64,000 nt of DNA from Phallusia mammillata (taxonomy: Eukaryota), in contig OZ281498.1 of the NCBI GenBank assembly GCA_965637545.1, positions 21,700,001 to 21,764,000 on the forward strand. Direction: 5' to 3'. Below the pieces are notes generated by a model. It was not told the origin of the DNA, searched no databases, and saw only the letters and a list, made by a program, of their open reading frames with translations. A program made the translations under genes and the position numbers. This document shows, in pieces, positions 1-12,100 of the stretch. Position 1 is the stretch's first letter. Every line of letters starts with the position of its first letter.

Positions 1-1215
1 GATATTTCAACATGTTCAATCGAGCAAAAGTATCTACAATGTGAGGAAATGTGCGAACGAAAAATCAGAATAAACAACAATAAGCAATTCCACGACACAG
101 AAACAATACATAAATCTAAGTCAATATATATATTTATATCGTTACAACTTTAATACATGGCACACATATGCCCTTGTACATTAACAGTCAGGGAAAGGCA
201 TAGAAAAAATCACCAAAAAACTGCAAATGATAAAATACTAGACCAAAAATGGTGTCATGCAGTTTAGCTAACTCAATGATATAAAAAGCTTTATAGTTGT
301 CTAAATTTAATTTTTTGGATGCAAATTTTATTGATAAATTTCCTGTGTTACTGGTAATTAAAATGATTTCAAACTTAAAATCATTTACTGTGCGGGATAA
401 ATATGTATAGAATATAGCGAGAGCCATAATAGGTCGGACTTACAGCGGTAAAAAGTATAGGTGCTGCGTAAAATTGCGCAATGTATACTGAAGGCAAATT
501 GTAAGCCGGATAATGTACTACAGTTTGGGTGTGCAACCTGCGGCCAATTGAATGAAGGTTTAACGGCTGGTGTTTTTTTTCTGAGACCAATAAAACGGCT
601 AGAATCGCAAATTTTACGGTAGATGTGTAGTATGCGACCAGTAACTTTCTGTTTAGTAAAGCAGTTTCATTTTGTGAATTGAATTTGGCCCAATTCCTAA
701 GGCTACACACCCATACACCACAGTATAGTGATATTAGAATGTACTTTTTTAATTATTTCTAATTTAGCAATCTTTACTTATTTGAAAAAAAAAGTTACTA
801 GTAGTATTAGAGCAGCATTTAATTTAGGCATAATGTTAAAAACCATTATTAAACATTGGACGGCAGAATTATATGCAAAAAAACAAAGTTGCTCCATTAT
901 GTTACACACATTGTATTTTCACAAACTATGTTTACCCATGGTGCTTAAATTCATTAGTTTCATTACAACCATGGCATTTGTAACTGCTTCATAACCCATT
1001 AGGATAACAATTTCCACAAAATGGGAGTGCTGCTTACGCTAAGATGCAGCACTTTTGGTTCTAATCACCAAAGTAAAAATTTATGTTTTGTTTCCTTTGG
1101 GGCAAGGCATTTTTGTTTTGTTTCTAAAACTTGTGTTGTTAAATAGGAACTGGATTTTGGGTTCAACAGTCTTGGAATGCAGAGTTGGAAAATATTGAAA
1201 ACAAAGCATAAGCAA

Positions 1216-4200
1216 TTATTTTTTTACACTGACCACAATAATTATTATTATGATGGCAAGAATAACAAGAAGAAGGATTGCACAGATAAATTTCTTCTTT
1301 CGTGCCGAGGTCTAAAAAAATACATAAATTTAGTGTCAAATCTTTTAGAGCACATTTGCGAAAACTTTTTGTTGATGTGGTAACTTATTATTCTGTGACT
1401 CAAATAATTCTTTGCTGCAGAAACTAAATCAAGTCCCTTCAATAGGGTAAATTTAGTTAATGCACTGCATACTTGAAAAGTTTGAAAATTTGAGAGATGC
1501 CTTTAACACACTTTACAGTCGTTAATTTTACCTGCGAGGCTCTGGCTTGTTTCAATTGCGTGTTTCCTTGTTCAACGGCGTCACCAGCATTATCGATATT
1601 TGCTTCTATGCTATCTAAAAACAGAACAAACAAATTAAAATAGGATTGTGCCTAATGGCCGTGCAAAGTACGGATAAAGCCTCAGCTTATTTATGCAATT
1701 AACCAGATTGTGCAATTAACCAGATTTTTTTCATCAAATGGTAAAGGTTCTTTACACTTTCTGGTCCGTGTAACGGCAAGCCCTACAAACGATTGTCACC
1801 AGCCTTGCATGTGTGTGACTTGTGTTTTTGTACGTTGCTAGGACGATGTGGAAATGACGAATTATTTCCATTTATGTGTTTTGGCTTATTAGCCCCACAA
1901 ATTTTGAAAAAAATGGGTTGACTGAAGGCTTTGGTCAAGCAACAAACTTTGAATCGTGTTTGTTCACAGGGTTCGAACCCAGGGCGCTCCTCGGGAGGAA
2001 TCCCGATCAGTTTTTTTATGTCTGTATATGGGTCAGGCGCCAGACCATTCGGCCAAGTTCCTGCCCTAAAAGGCATTAGCAATCTAATGCAATTAAACAA
2101 ATTTGTCTGTATTTTCTTGCGCTTCCGAAATATGCAACCTCCCATAATATATTCATAACTTAAAATGGATAACAGTTAAACATTTTAAATAGAGTTCGAA
2201 ATTATATGAATTAACATGCATCGCTAGTGAAAATTACAGGAAAAAATCTCAGTTTTAGGCATTCAAGTAAATGTTAGTGGAAGTACAATACTAAACTAAC
2301 CTATCATGTCTCCTTGTTCATGAACCATTGTACCAAGATCCTTGAATATCATGTTTACATCCAAGATGTCAGCCTAAATCAAAATGTAATTGTTGTGAAG
2401 TTTGGGTTACATATTTGCATAACAAATTGGGCTTAAAGGGTCAACTGGTACGATGGTTTAATGCAATACTCTTCAACCAGGGTTGACTGTGAACAACAAA
2501 GACAGTCACAGGAGTGCATTGAGTATCAATGGATGTTTGACATATACTCTAATATTTTAAATCAATACATCTTTGTTATTCCTAGCTTAACATCTTCATT
2601 TCACATCTGAAAACTGGCAAAAAGCACTATAATTGAAAAGTCAACCAAGAAGGTGTATTAAATCCTGGCATTAGATAATCGAATGTTCCTATGATTCGAA
2701 ATGGTGTGTTACATTAGATAATGTTTATTTAACAGGGGCATAAAAAAAAAAAATAAAGAGCACTTTTTGTAGGCAGACTTTAAAACAAAAGCACTGCTGC
2801 TTGGTCATATTATTACCAAAAACAAAAAACAGTGCCATAACACACTGATAAATGCCCAATCACACATATTTATTACATCTGTGTTGCTACATTGAATGCT
2901 AAAGCCATAAATTGCTATCACACAAAAAACATCTTTGTGTATTTGAATACTTTCAATTGACATCATTCCTATTGTTACACTGGAAACTTTTTTAACACAC
3001 AGGCACATGAACCAGTCATCACTATGTACACATTTCGTGTTTACTGGGTACACAAAAATGTTGAAATACTGCAATAAAGGCAATGACATGCCACAATTAT
3101 ACAGCACTGACATTTTTGTACTCCAATTTAAAACTACAGTGTTAGAAATTGCAAGTGGCATACACGATCATTTAGTTCCCAATTTGCAAAAGTATGAAGT
3201 GTCTGTTACTTTAGACATTAAAGTCACAACTATGTTTAGTTCTTAAATAAATGATTAGTGAATTGCACCAGTACTCTTCTACCTGGGTGTAAGGTAAACC
3301 CCAGGGTACACTATAACAGCACCAAGGGGTCACGGGGGTTACCAAAAAAGTTGCATAAGTTAGGGTATATATAATTCCTAGTGTGTGTATGATAACGTAA
3401 GTAACACCATTTCAAAACAGTTTCATTCTATTGAAACATATCAGTTCACATTTGCATTGTTCTAGCCTTCTATCATTATTTTATGTCTACAGTTCAACAT
3501 AAAGTACCTTAAATAAGAAATCAATCCAATGGTGCATGGAATTACAGCATTGATTAAAAAGAGGTGTATGCAAGGAGTATTTAAGTAAACAATGTTTGTA
3601 ACATACCATAGCAAACACGCATGGTTCACAACAAGCACACATACAAACCCCAACAGTGTTCTTTATTAAAAGGTTGCTACAGAAGAACCCACGTAAGGAA
3701 CAAAATGTCACCTCTAATTGCCTTATTGCAGTTTCACGCTCCTCGATCTCTTGTAGTTCTTCCACGGTAACTGCAGCTTGTTGCTGTTCTTGCATGGTCC
3801 TTAACAATCAAGCAATAGTCATGATATGATTCATAACAAATCTATTTAGTGTTTTAAAAAGATTTTGGGGTAAACTTTTACTCCATTTGTTTCGTATGTC
3901 AAATATCGCTGCTTTAACACAATGTCTTTTTGTGACAGTAATTCTCCACTATTAACATTATTAACATTTCATTGTGATTAGTTTTATTCATTGCTGTGCA
4001 ATAATAAGACTCATTGTTTACCATTAAAAATGTATTTAGGCGTTATATAACAAGAGTTGTACATACCAAATAGTGTTTATTGATTAATAAAGCTAGTTAT
4101 TGTTTTTTATCATGTAAAACATATATGCTGTTAAAAAACTTTAAACCACCTTTTTAACTCATTGCTACTGTTAAACATGTGTAGGAAACACCAATGCAAA

Positions 4201-5781
4201 GCTCAGTCATACATCATCATGACCTCATCATGCATCAATCTGACATTTATGTTAGTAATCTATCACATATATATTGCTTTTGTTTAACAGTTCAACTCAC
4301 AATTCTGCTATTGATCATGTTTTGAAAGTGTTTTTTTGTTTGTTTGTTTTAGTCTTCAGGCATATTTTAAAGAAATGTGCCATCAAAAGGTTGACATCTT
4401 CATTCAGTTATTCGCTGTTAGTTTTTCTTGTGTGCATACACAGTACATATATACACAAGTTCCCTGATACATTAGATACCACTGTGAGCAAAAATAAAAT
4501 CCGCAAGCTGTGATCACACACCAGTTTATATGTGAATGTGCTTATGCATTGAGGATGCATGAGCAGACACCCTTAACCTATATGTATATGTATAAAAAAT
4601 GTGTTGAAATAAAAATGTGGTGTTTTGTGCAGTATAAGTTTAATTTTATCTTACCCTTGAATGTTGATGAGAATGTCACTACCGGGATCATGTTGGGCAC
4701 TGCTTGCAGCCCGGACTTTCGCTACGCATTCCTTTTCAGCACTCGCCGCTTCTCTCTGAGCAGCTTGAAATGAATTCAAAACATCACTAAAATCTCCCAT
4801 CAGTCTTTCAGTCTGAGTCTTCCTATGTCGCTGGGGGTAAAAATAATATAAGTCACTAATTACCTAACCATCTTTATTTTCAAAAAGGGTATTCTCTAGT
4901 CCTATTTTTAAAATTTTTGGGGGGAGCGGTAGTCATTGTGCCAACCTCGCCCTCTGATGGTTAACTCTTTTTTAATGTTTTAAAAAAGTCTTAAGACCAC
5001 AAAGGGGTTAAGAAATAAACCACTGGTCAAAAACTAATATTTTTAGGGCAGCCAAAGAAAGGAATCATTAAAGCAACTATCACAATCACAAACTTAGACC
5101 AACCTGATCACCAGGGTTTCCGACTGATGGAAGTGATTTTATTTCTTTTAAATTCTTGCTGGTGTCTTTTGCAAGTTGATTTGTGTAATGTTGCCGTTGA
5201 TGTCTGTAAAAATACTCAGATTAAAAGATTGCATCAACCAATACCCACAACCACATGTGATAGTATTAGGCTATGATGAGAATTGCATAATTTACCAATT
5301 TGGCATTTTTTGTACAAATACCCCATATCATTTCTCAACCACTTTACAATCCCTATGGTAATGAATGAACAACAGAATTCGTCTGTTCATGTACACAAAA
5401 AATTAACAGTTTGAAAACGAAATGTGATACATTAAACCCATAAACAAACACAACTAAATGCTTAATAGAATTAATAGTTTAACGTACAGTCTCTCTCTTA
5501 GATCTGGGGTGTCTTGCATTGATCCGAGTTGGTTCACCATTCTCTTGATGTCCTGTACTGTAATAACACAAAAATATTTAATAGTTAATGATTTCATCAT
5601 CAGCAACAAATATTAACAACTTACCATTTTGGTTAATTTTTTGAATGTTGGTGCCAACAAGTTCCGTAAGTCTTGTGTAGTCAGCATGACCATTGTTTTG
5701 GTATGAGTTGCTATTTCCATAATAGTTTCCACCATCATTAAAGCCTCCAGAAGCAGTAAGATCACCCTGGCCGTACGGCAT
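1216..5781 (-). CDS. STX7/12: Syntaxin-7/12 family endosomal Qa-SNARE, 8 coding exons, ~280 aa
   Basis: Exons 5625-5781, 5488-5557, 5104-5203, 4655-4830, 3712-3799, 2301-2373, 1532-1614, 1216-1311, all GT-AG and in frame. Habc region NVQDIKRMVNQLGSMQDTPDLRERL; SNARE motif [41 protein letters not shown]; C-terminal TM FICAILLLVILAIIIIIIVV. Confidence 0.93.
1724..2066 (-). mobile_element. tRNA(Leu/Ser)-derived SINE-like element in a syntaxin intron
   Basis: Minus strand has A-box TGGCCGAATGG (2045-2055), a variable-arm-like hairpin CTCCCGAGGAG, B-box GGTTCGAACCC (~1969-1980) and an A-rich end. Flanked by similar TGCAATTAA(C/A)CA(G/A)ATT sequences resembling a TSD. Confidence 0.55.
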
Positions 5782-6647
5782 CTTTGTGATTTGTTGTATT
5801 AAGTTTACTTGGTGTTACTGCTGCACTCGATCTTTGAAGTGATTTTGTTCTTGACAATATTTCAAGCAAAATCAATCAACTATTTTTTTTTCGGTTTGCA
5901 GAAATATCTGTTGAGAAAAAACAGTGATAGTAACAACTACCTAGGTGTTAAAAGCTTTGTTATAATAAGACAGTACTTTGTTGCTACATCAACTCTTTAT
6001 CCAGTATTGTATTCTTAGATCTAAAAGTAACAAATTAAAAACACAAACCGGACCTGTTCTTAAACTTTGTTACAAAAACATTCAAAGAGCAAAATATTGT
6101 CAAAATTAAACACAGAGTTTCAACACTCCTAACCTGATTTTTGTAATCATACATCTAACTAACTCTAATATTAGTTACTAATATTAGTATGGTAACCCTG
6201 CCTTAAATGTCTTTCTGTTATTCATTTTCCTAAAAAAAATGAACACTTATAACAAATTTACTTCAATTTGTCATAAATGGTGATGTAAAACAAATGACCA
6301 AACGGACTGATCTGAAGTTTTACACATCGACAACTTAATTAAGTAGCAACTAACACAAAACTACCTCTTTAACAAACCTGCTTCATATTCATAAATTTTT
6401 CAATGTATTGTGTTGATATTTTTAACAATCGAACTTATATTATACGGCGTATTAAAATCATCTTAGGTCAAAAATATATATCTCCACAGTATAGTTATGC
6501 TTCCTAATACAATCCATTTATATGTTCTGTACTACTACGACTATTGCATTTAATAAATAGAGGTGTTTAGATTGTATTTAGTGTATAAATGATTATTAAA
6601 TAATACATAAATGATTTTTGTTACACCCGATAAAATGAAATCATCAT

Positions 6648-6663
6648 TCACGTGATCACATGA
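6648..6663. promoter_or_regulatory. Tandem CLEAR/M-box-like E-boxes (TCACGTGA + TCACATGA) upstream of syntaxin
   Basis: Two abutting MiT/TFE-type motifs ~870 bp upstream of the syntaxin ATG. Confidence 0.5.
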
Positions 6664-9115
6664 CGCATTATTTATGATTTCTATAAGTCAATAACGATGC
6701 AAAATTAATAACTACTAATCATTAGTAGATCAATCGTTTTGTTTACAGATACAACCCCGCCTCATAACACTATGGTTTACTTTAACAGTGAAAATATCAG
6801 TGAAATGTGCAGTATTGTGTATATTTACTCAAGTTGTTTCTGAACATCTCTTGCAGCTCCATAAATAAAGATTCGCACAAATAATTCCTGCTTGAATTCT
6901 ACATCAGACTTAAAACTGCCAGAGCAACGAAAAGAAACAGTTTGTCTCACAGTAAAAAGTGTTTATTGTAGGCTGTATCAACTATATTATCACCATGCGA
7001 TGAAATGACGAAGGCAAAATGTAATTAACGCAACAATGCTTGCCTAAAACTATGTTTTGCTCTTTCAATTTATCAATTAGCCAATTAGAAAAGTCGAATC
7101 TTCATGCTGTGTGTTTGCAAAATCACCTTGGTTAAAGCCAAAACAAGGTAGCTGGTGGTTATAATGTGTGATATAATATTTGTGTCGCAAACGTAAAATC
7201 ACAACATTGCAGTATTACTACCATGGTGGCCATAAGCGTTCTGCCAAATAGGCTATTTAGGGCGTAATCTGTAGTTTTATTTCAAATGTCAATCTCAGAG
7301 CCAGCCTAGCCATGTTCAGGCATTTAAATTTGTTGACACTCGCGTGTGCGCCGATAGAGTAGGGCCAAAAGTTGTTTTATGTCCCATTCTGTCCTGAGGT
7401 CGCGCGTTTCGGGAAAGACAATACCCGCTGTGTATTGAATGTTATTTGGAGACGTTTGCCACAATAGGTGCAAAGTGTGACAAGGCACTACCGAGTTTCG
7501 GAAGGGTATTCGGCTTTTGGTGTCTGCTGAGCCAAGAACATTGTTTATAGTGGCGAATTATTGTAACGACCGAAGCTGGTAGGCTATATTGTTGAATACA
7601 GCGAGATGTACGTTGCTATGCGGCTGCTATTTTTGACATTGAAAGGCTATGTAATGATGTGGAAGACAGGGTTTGCTTTCACAAGTAATATTGAGTTTGA
7701 CTTGTCTCCGAAAACAAGAAGTGCAAAAAATCGTTTTATTACGAGAAACAGTATGCAACAAACGCTGCAGTCACATTGCAAGACGATATAGTGGTTCACA
7801 AACAGTTCTGGGGTCTTGTGTGTAAAACTGGACAGAACATTGGTGGGACTGGAGTTGGGTCTAAACCAGACCAGAAATTATGTCAAAATAAAGGTGAAAT
7901 TACAAAACAAATATGTCCAAGTGTGCAGTCTGGCCAGAAACGAGTGTTTATTTAAAGATAAGTTTGGAGTATTAATTCACACTGCACCATATTAGAATTG
8001 TAATTTCACTTTCATTAGCCTACGTACCCACACGAACTATGTGCATAAAGTGTGTATTGATCTGTTGTGTTCAACAGTACATCCATGTATCCCTGCTAAC
8101 CAGCAAATATTTCATTTATTAAATCCAACTTATAAAGCTAATTGGTACGTCAAATATTTTTTTGTTGGGGGCCTAAACCGTAAAGCCCGGTTCGTGCAAT
8201 TTATACGATATTAGTCCGCTTTAAGGACTAGTGCGACTCTTACAATGTGATGATCGATGTTCTACTGTCTCGGTGTTTGTTTAGTCTTCCAACGCTACTC
8301 ATGTCACATTGTAAGGGTCTCCACTTGCGGACTCCAAGCCAATGGAAATTAACTGAGCATTCCGTAACAGCGAAAGCACCCAGTTCCTGACTCGTCCCAA
8401 CGCGCCCTGAACATTGCGGCTGTGAAACCCCCTGTGTAAACTTACACAAGAAGTTGTAAAATAGGAACAATGTATCAAACCGTATAAGCAGGTTAAATAA
8501 GATGTCGTAATTTTCAATGCTATTTGCACATAGTGTTAGCTAGTTCGTTAGTTGGCAGAGGTGTATAGGTTACGATTAAGGAGGCATGCACCTTGCTGGA
8601 CAGACAGAGGCATTTGGGTTGAGTTGATAGGTGAAAGAAACATGTGACACAATGTGCATTAAACAGTCACCAAATTGATCAAGCTGCGTTTAAACGCTAG
8701 GTCAGAAAAGCAAAGGCGCAATTGGTTCATTAAGGTTACAGGTGTAGCTGCAGGGTAGTACAAATATTAGGGGGCTAGTAACAACTAGTGCACTCGCGAA
8801 TAATGTTCTAACCGTAACTTGGGCTTATGAACCTGCAAGTTTAATAAACCTACACCAATACCGGATGATAAAATGTCTATTAACGGATTGCAAACACTGG
8901 GCAACTGGGGTTAAGATAGTTTAAGTCAAAGCTATACAGAATAGCTACACAAATTTCGTGAACCGGGATGGTAACTTTTTTTCATCCATGAACAAGCGAA
9001 CCGATCTGAAATATAAGTTACAAAAAGTTTTAACTCAATATTTACGGACTTTTCATAAAACGAAATGACAAGTTATTCCATTCATCATTCGACCTCACCA
9101 AAATCTCTTGTTTAG

Positions 9116-12100
9116 ATGTCCGTAGGCAGAATGGTAAACGGACCAATATTTGGTGATGACGCTTACCATAAAAGATGTCAGAGGAATTCTGAAGCCACAT
9201 GGAGCGTTATAGCTAATGGCAAGTCAATCGAAAATGGTACCACGATACGAAGAAACGGGGTGGTGTCCGTGAGCGTTGTGACGTCACAAAGGGACGGTCG
9301 CGCGGACTCTGAAAACAAAGTCGGAACTCCGGACGATGGTAAGCTTAGAATTAAAGTGGGTTGCTGTTTTGTTTTGAAATTTGGGACGTTTTTTGTTTTG
9401 TTTCAAGGGAGACAAAAAATAGAAAGAATGAAAACAATATTTCCAGAAAATTGTGTATGACAGGGTTTAGGTTTTAAACCTGATAAACAAAAAAAACGTA
9501 CCACATAAAGTTAACCCTGAATATAACTAACAGTAAAATAGAACTTCAACAATTGGTTCATAATTTTCGGTAAAGATTTTTTGTCGGAAGTAGTGTTTGC
9601 TACCTGCTCTTAAAGCTTACACCGATGTTTTGTGGATATTTGTTCAATAGTTTTGATAGCTAGAAGGTTCCGTAGTTCTGGACAGTGTCTCTATTCCTTT
9701 ACTTTCAGTAAGCCACTATAAGCCAGATACCGAATTCGTACCCAAAAGCAATACCTACATAGCAAGATTTGCTCTATATATTTGACCGTTTGTTGTGACA
9801 AGTGCTTGAATGGTTCAACAAAAACCTGATCGGGTTTTTTACTTTAGACCAGGGGTGGGCAACCTTTGTTACTGTGGGGCCAAATACAATAGCCAATATT
9901 AGATCGCGGGCCGCACCTGTGTATCACACTAGGCGATTTTACTTCGTTGCTTACCAAATATACTTAACTACAAGTAAAATTCGCATTTGATTATAGCCAC
10001 AAAAGCCTGGTTGCAGAAAAATAGCATCGGGCGCATTAATCCGCTTGAAAGTATATAATATTTGGACTCGTTTGTAACTACATTTTGAATTCAATCGTCT
10101 CTGCGGGCCGCACAACCTTTACTCAAATGCCGCATGTGGCCCGCGGGCCGCAGGTTGCCCACCCCTGCTTTAGACCATACTTGCTTCGATCTCTGTGAAT
10201 ATAAAATTTTATCTGTAAATAAATGAATAAAAATCTGTTAAATCAAACAAACAAATCATTTAACTCAACTTAAAATCAGGTAAGGATGAGTCTGAGAATG
10301 ATGCGACCAGGAATGCCTTGGAAAGGGAGGATGAAGCAAAAAAGAGGAAAAGACCTGTTTTGAAAATCAACACCAGCGGCGCTCGAGCTTCCGCACACGA
10401 AGCACTGTCGACCGTCCTTCAGCAATTAAGATGGAGAGAGAGCAAGACGAGTTTTAAAACAGGTATACAACTCATCCAAACGAAAAAGTTTTTAAATATT
10501 TTGAAGATAGTCAAAGTAACGACGTAGTGATAATATTGACACATTGCTACACACGCGCATTGGCCCCTTTAAATTAAATTACGACCGACAGGTACGTCAT
10601 ACGAAGGAGTACGTCATTCGAAGCACTTGTAAATGACCGCACGCTTCGTAAAGTTGTGTGATCTTCGCACTGTATTGTGGGCAGATTAAACACAAACGAC
10701 TCACCTTTGTACTCGTTGACAGGGTTTGGCGCTGACATGTATTGGCATGGTTTGGGATTTGAGGAGAGCGCATATAACAAGACGGGAGTGTACGCTGTCA
10801 ACAAGCTGCCTGGGATGTTTGAACTTGCCCAAAAGGTAATTTAATTTAGCCTTAAGAAAGGTACATTTAAATAAATGCCTTTATTACACTGAGTATACAA
10901 ACTTGGTGAAGCATAGCTTTTCAGCCTGTTGCTTCCTTTGCTTCTAACAAACTGAAGTGCCTGTTGTGGATACAAGAGCCAATACGGTCGAAGTCTTATT
11001 ACCAGCTGCACTAAAAAAATTGCAAGTTAACAGTGTACAATGTACGCCTATGTTGTCTGCTGCGTACTCGTATATATCCTGCGGATTTTCATTTACAAAC
11101 CCATGCACACAATAAAATCCTAATCAGCTCAACTTACTTCGATTTGTGGACGGTTCGACTAACCTGTATCAGTTTAACGAAGCAATATATACATATTTTC
11201 TATCACAAACCTTAACAGGTCCCGGTTTGCCTGGTTCTACAGTTCGAACAAATTTTTAGCCCAAACGTGCTTACTCAGTATTATCGGAACGAGTCAGCAC
11301 TTAATTTCACATATTCTATTTCCTTGCAGGTTCACCTCTCGCGCATCATCAAGCGGATGCAATTGCTTTTTCCGGGCGAATTTGATTTCTACCCTCCGAC
11401 TTGGTTCCTACCAGAACAATATCATCAATTCCTGGCCGAAGTCACCCTGAAGAATAAGGCTAAACCTAAAACAACAATTAATACCAATTCACCGGGTCGA
11501 CGTAACTCTCGGTCGCCCTCTCGTAAGTGTTTTAAGTCAGGGAAGTGCAACCTTTATCACTTATAGGACCAAAAACAATTAACAAGCTTATAGCCTGCGA
11601 ACCACACGTTTATACATCACATGTTAACTATATACCACACACACTTATGCTATTGGATCATCAGCTACCAGTAATATTTGCAAGAGATTCCAGCAGTAAA
11701 ACAGTCTGTGCATCTCAAATCACGAAACAACTCTTTTCATGCATTAATGTAAGTAGGCTAAAGCACATAAAACGGCCAGTCAGTTTAAAGCCTGCTTATT
11801 TCTGTTTGAGTATCTAACCCAGTGGTTCCCAACCTTTCTTGTCCTGTGCACCCGTTTAGTTGATATTCAAATCTAATTCCCCCCTACAAATTTAGCTTGC
11901 TTATATATAGCAAATTACAAAATTCCCCCCAGTGGGGAATTCCCCCCTGGTTAGGAACCACTGATCTAACCATAGTTTACTATTCCTTTGATTTCAGCTA
12001 CTAAGAAACGAAAGGACAGATGTACTTACATTGTAAAACCAGACGCTGGAAGTCAGGGTGAAGGAATTTACCTGATTAATGACCCAAGAGACGTACAAGA

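Noticed and set aside
190-1110. miR-124 sites (TGCCTT) in the syntaxin 3' region
   Set aside because: Only 6-mers, and the extent of the UTR is unknown.
1960-2066. Functional tRNA gene
   Set aside because: No proper acceptor stem; better read as a SINE head or pseudogene.
8303-8324. miR-23-like sequence GTCACATTGTAAGGG
   Set aside because: It sits at the base of a stem enclosing ~50 nt, which is not pre-miRNA geometry, and the match is short.
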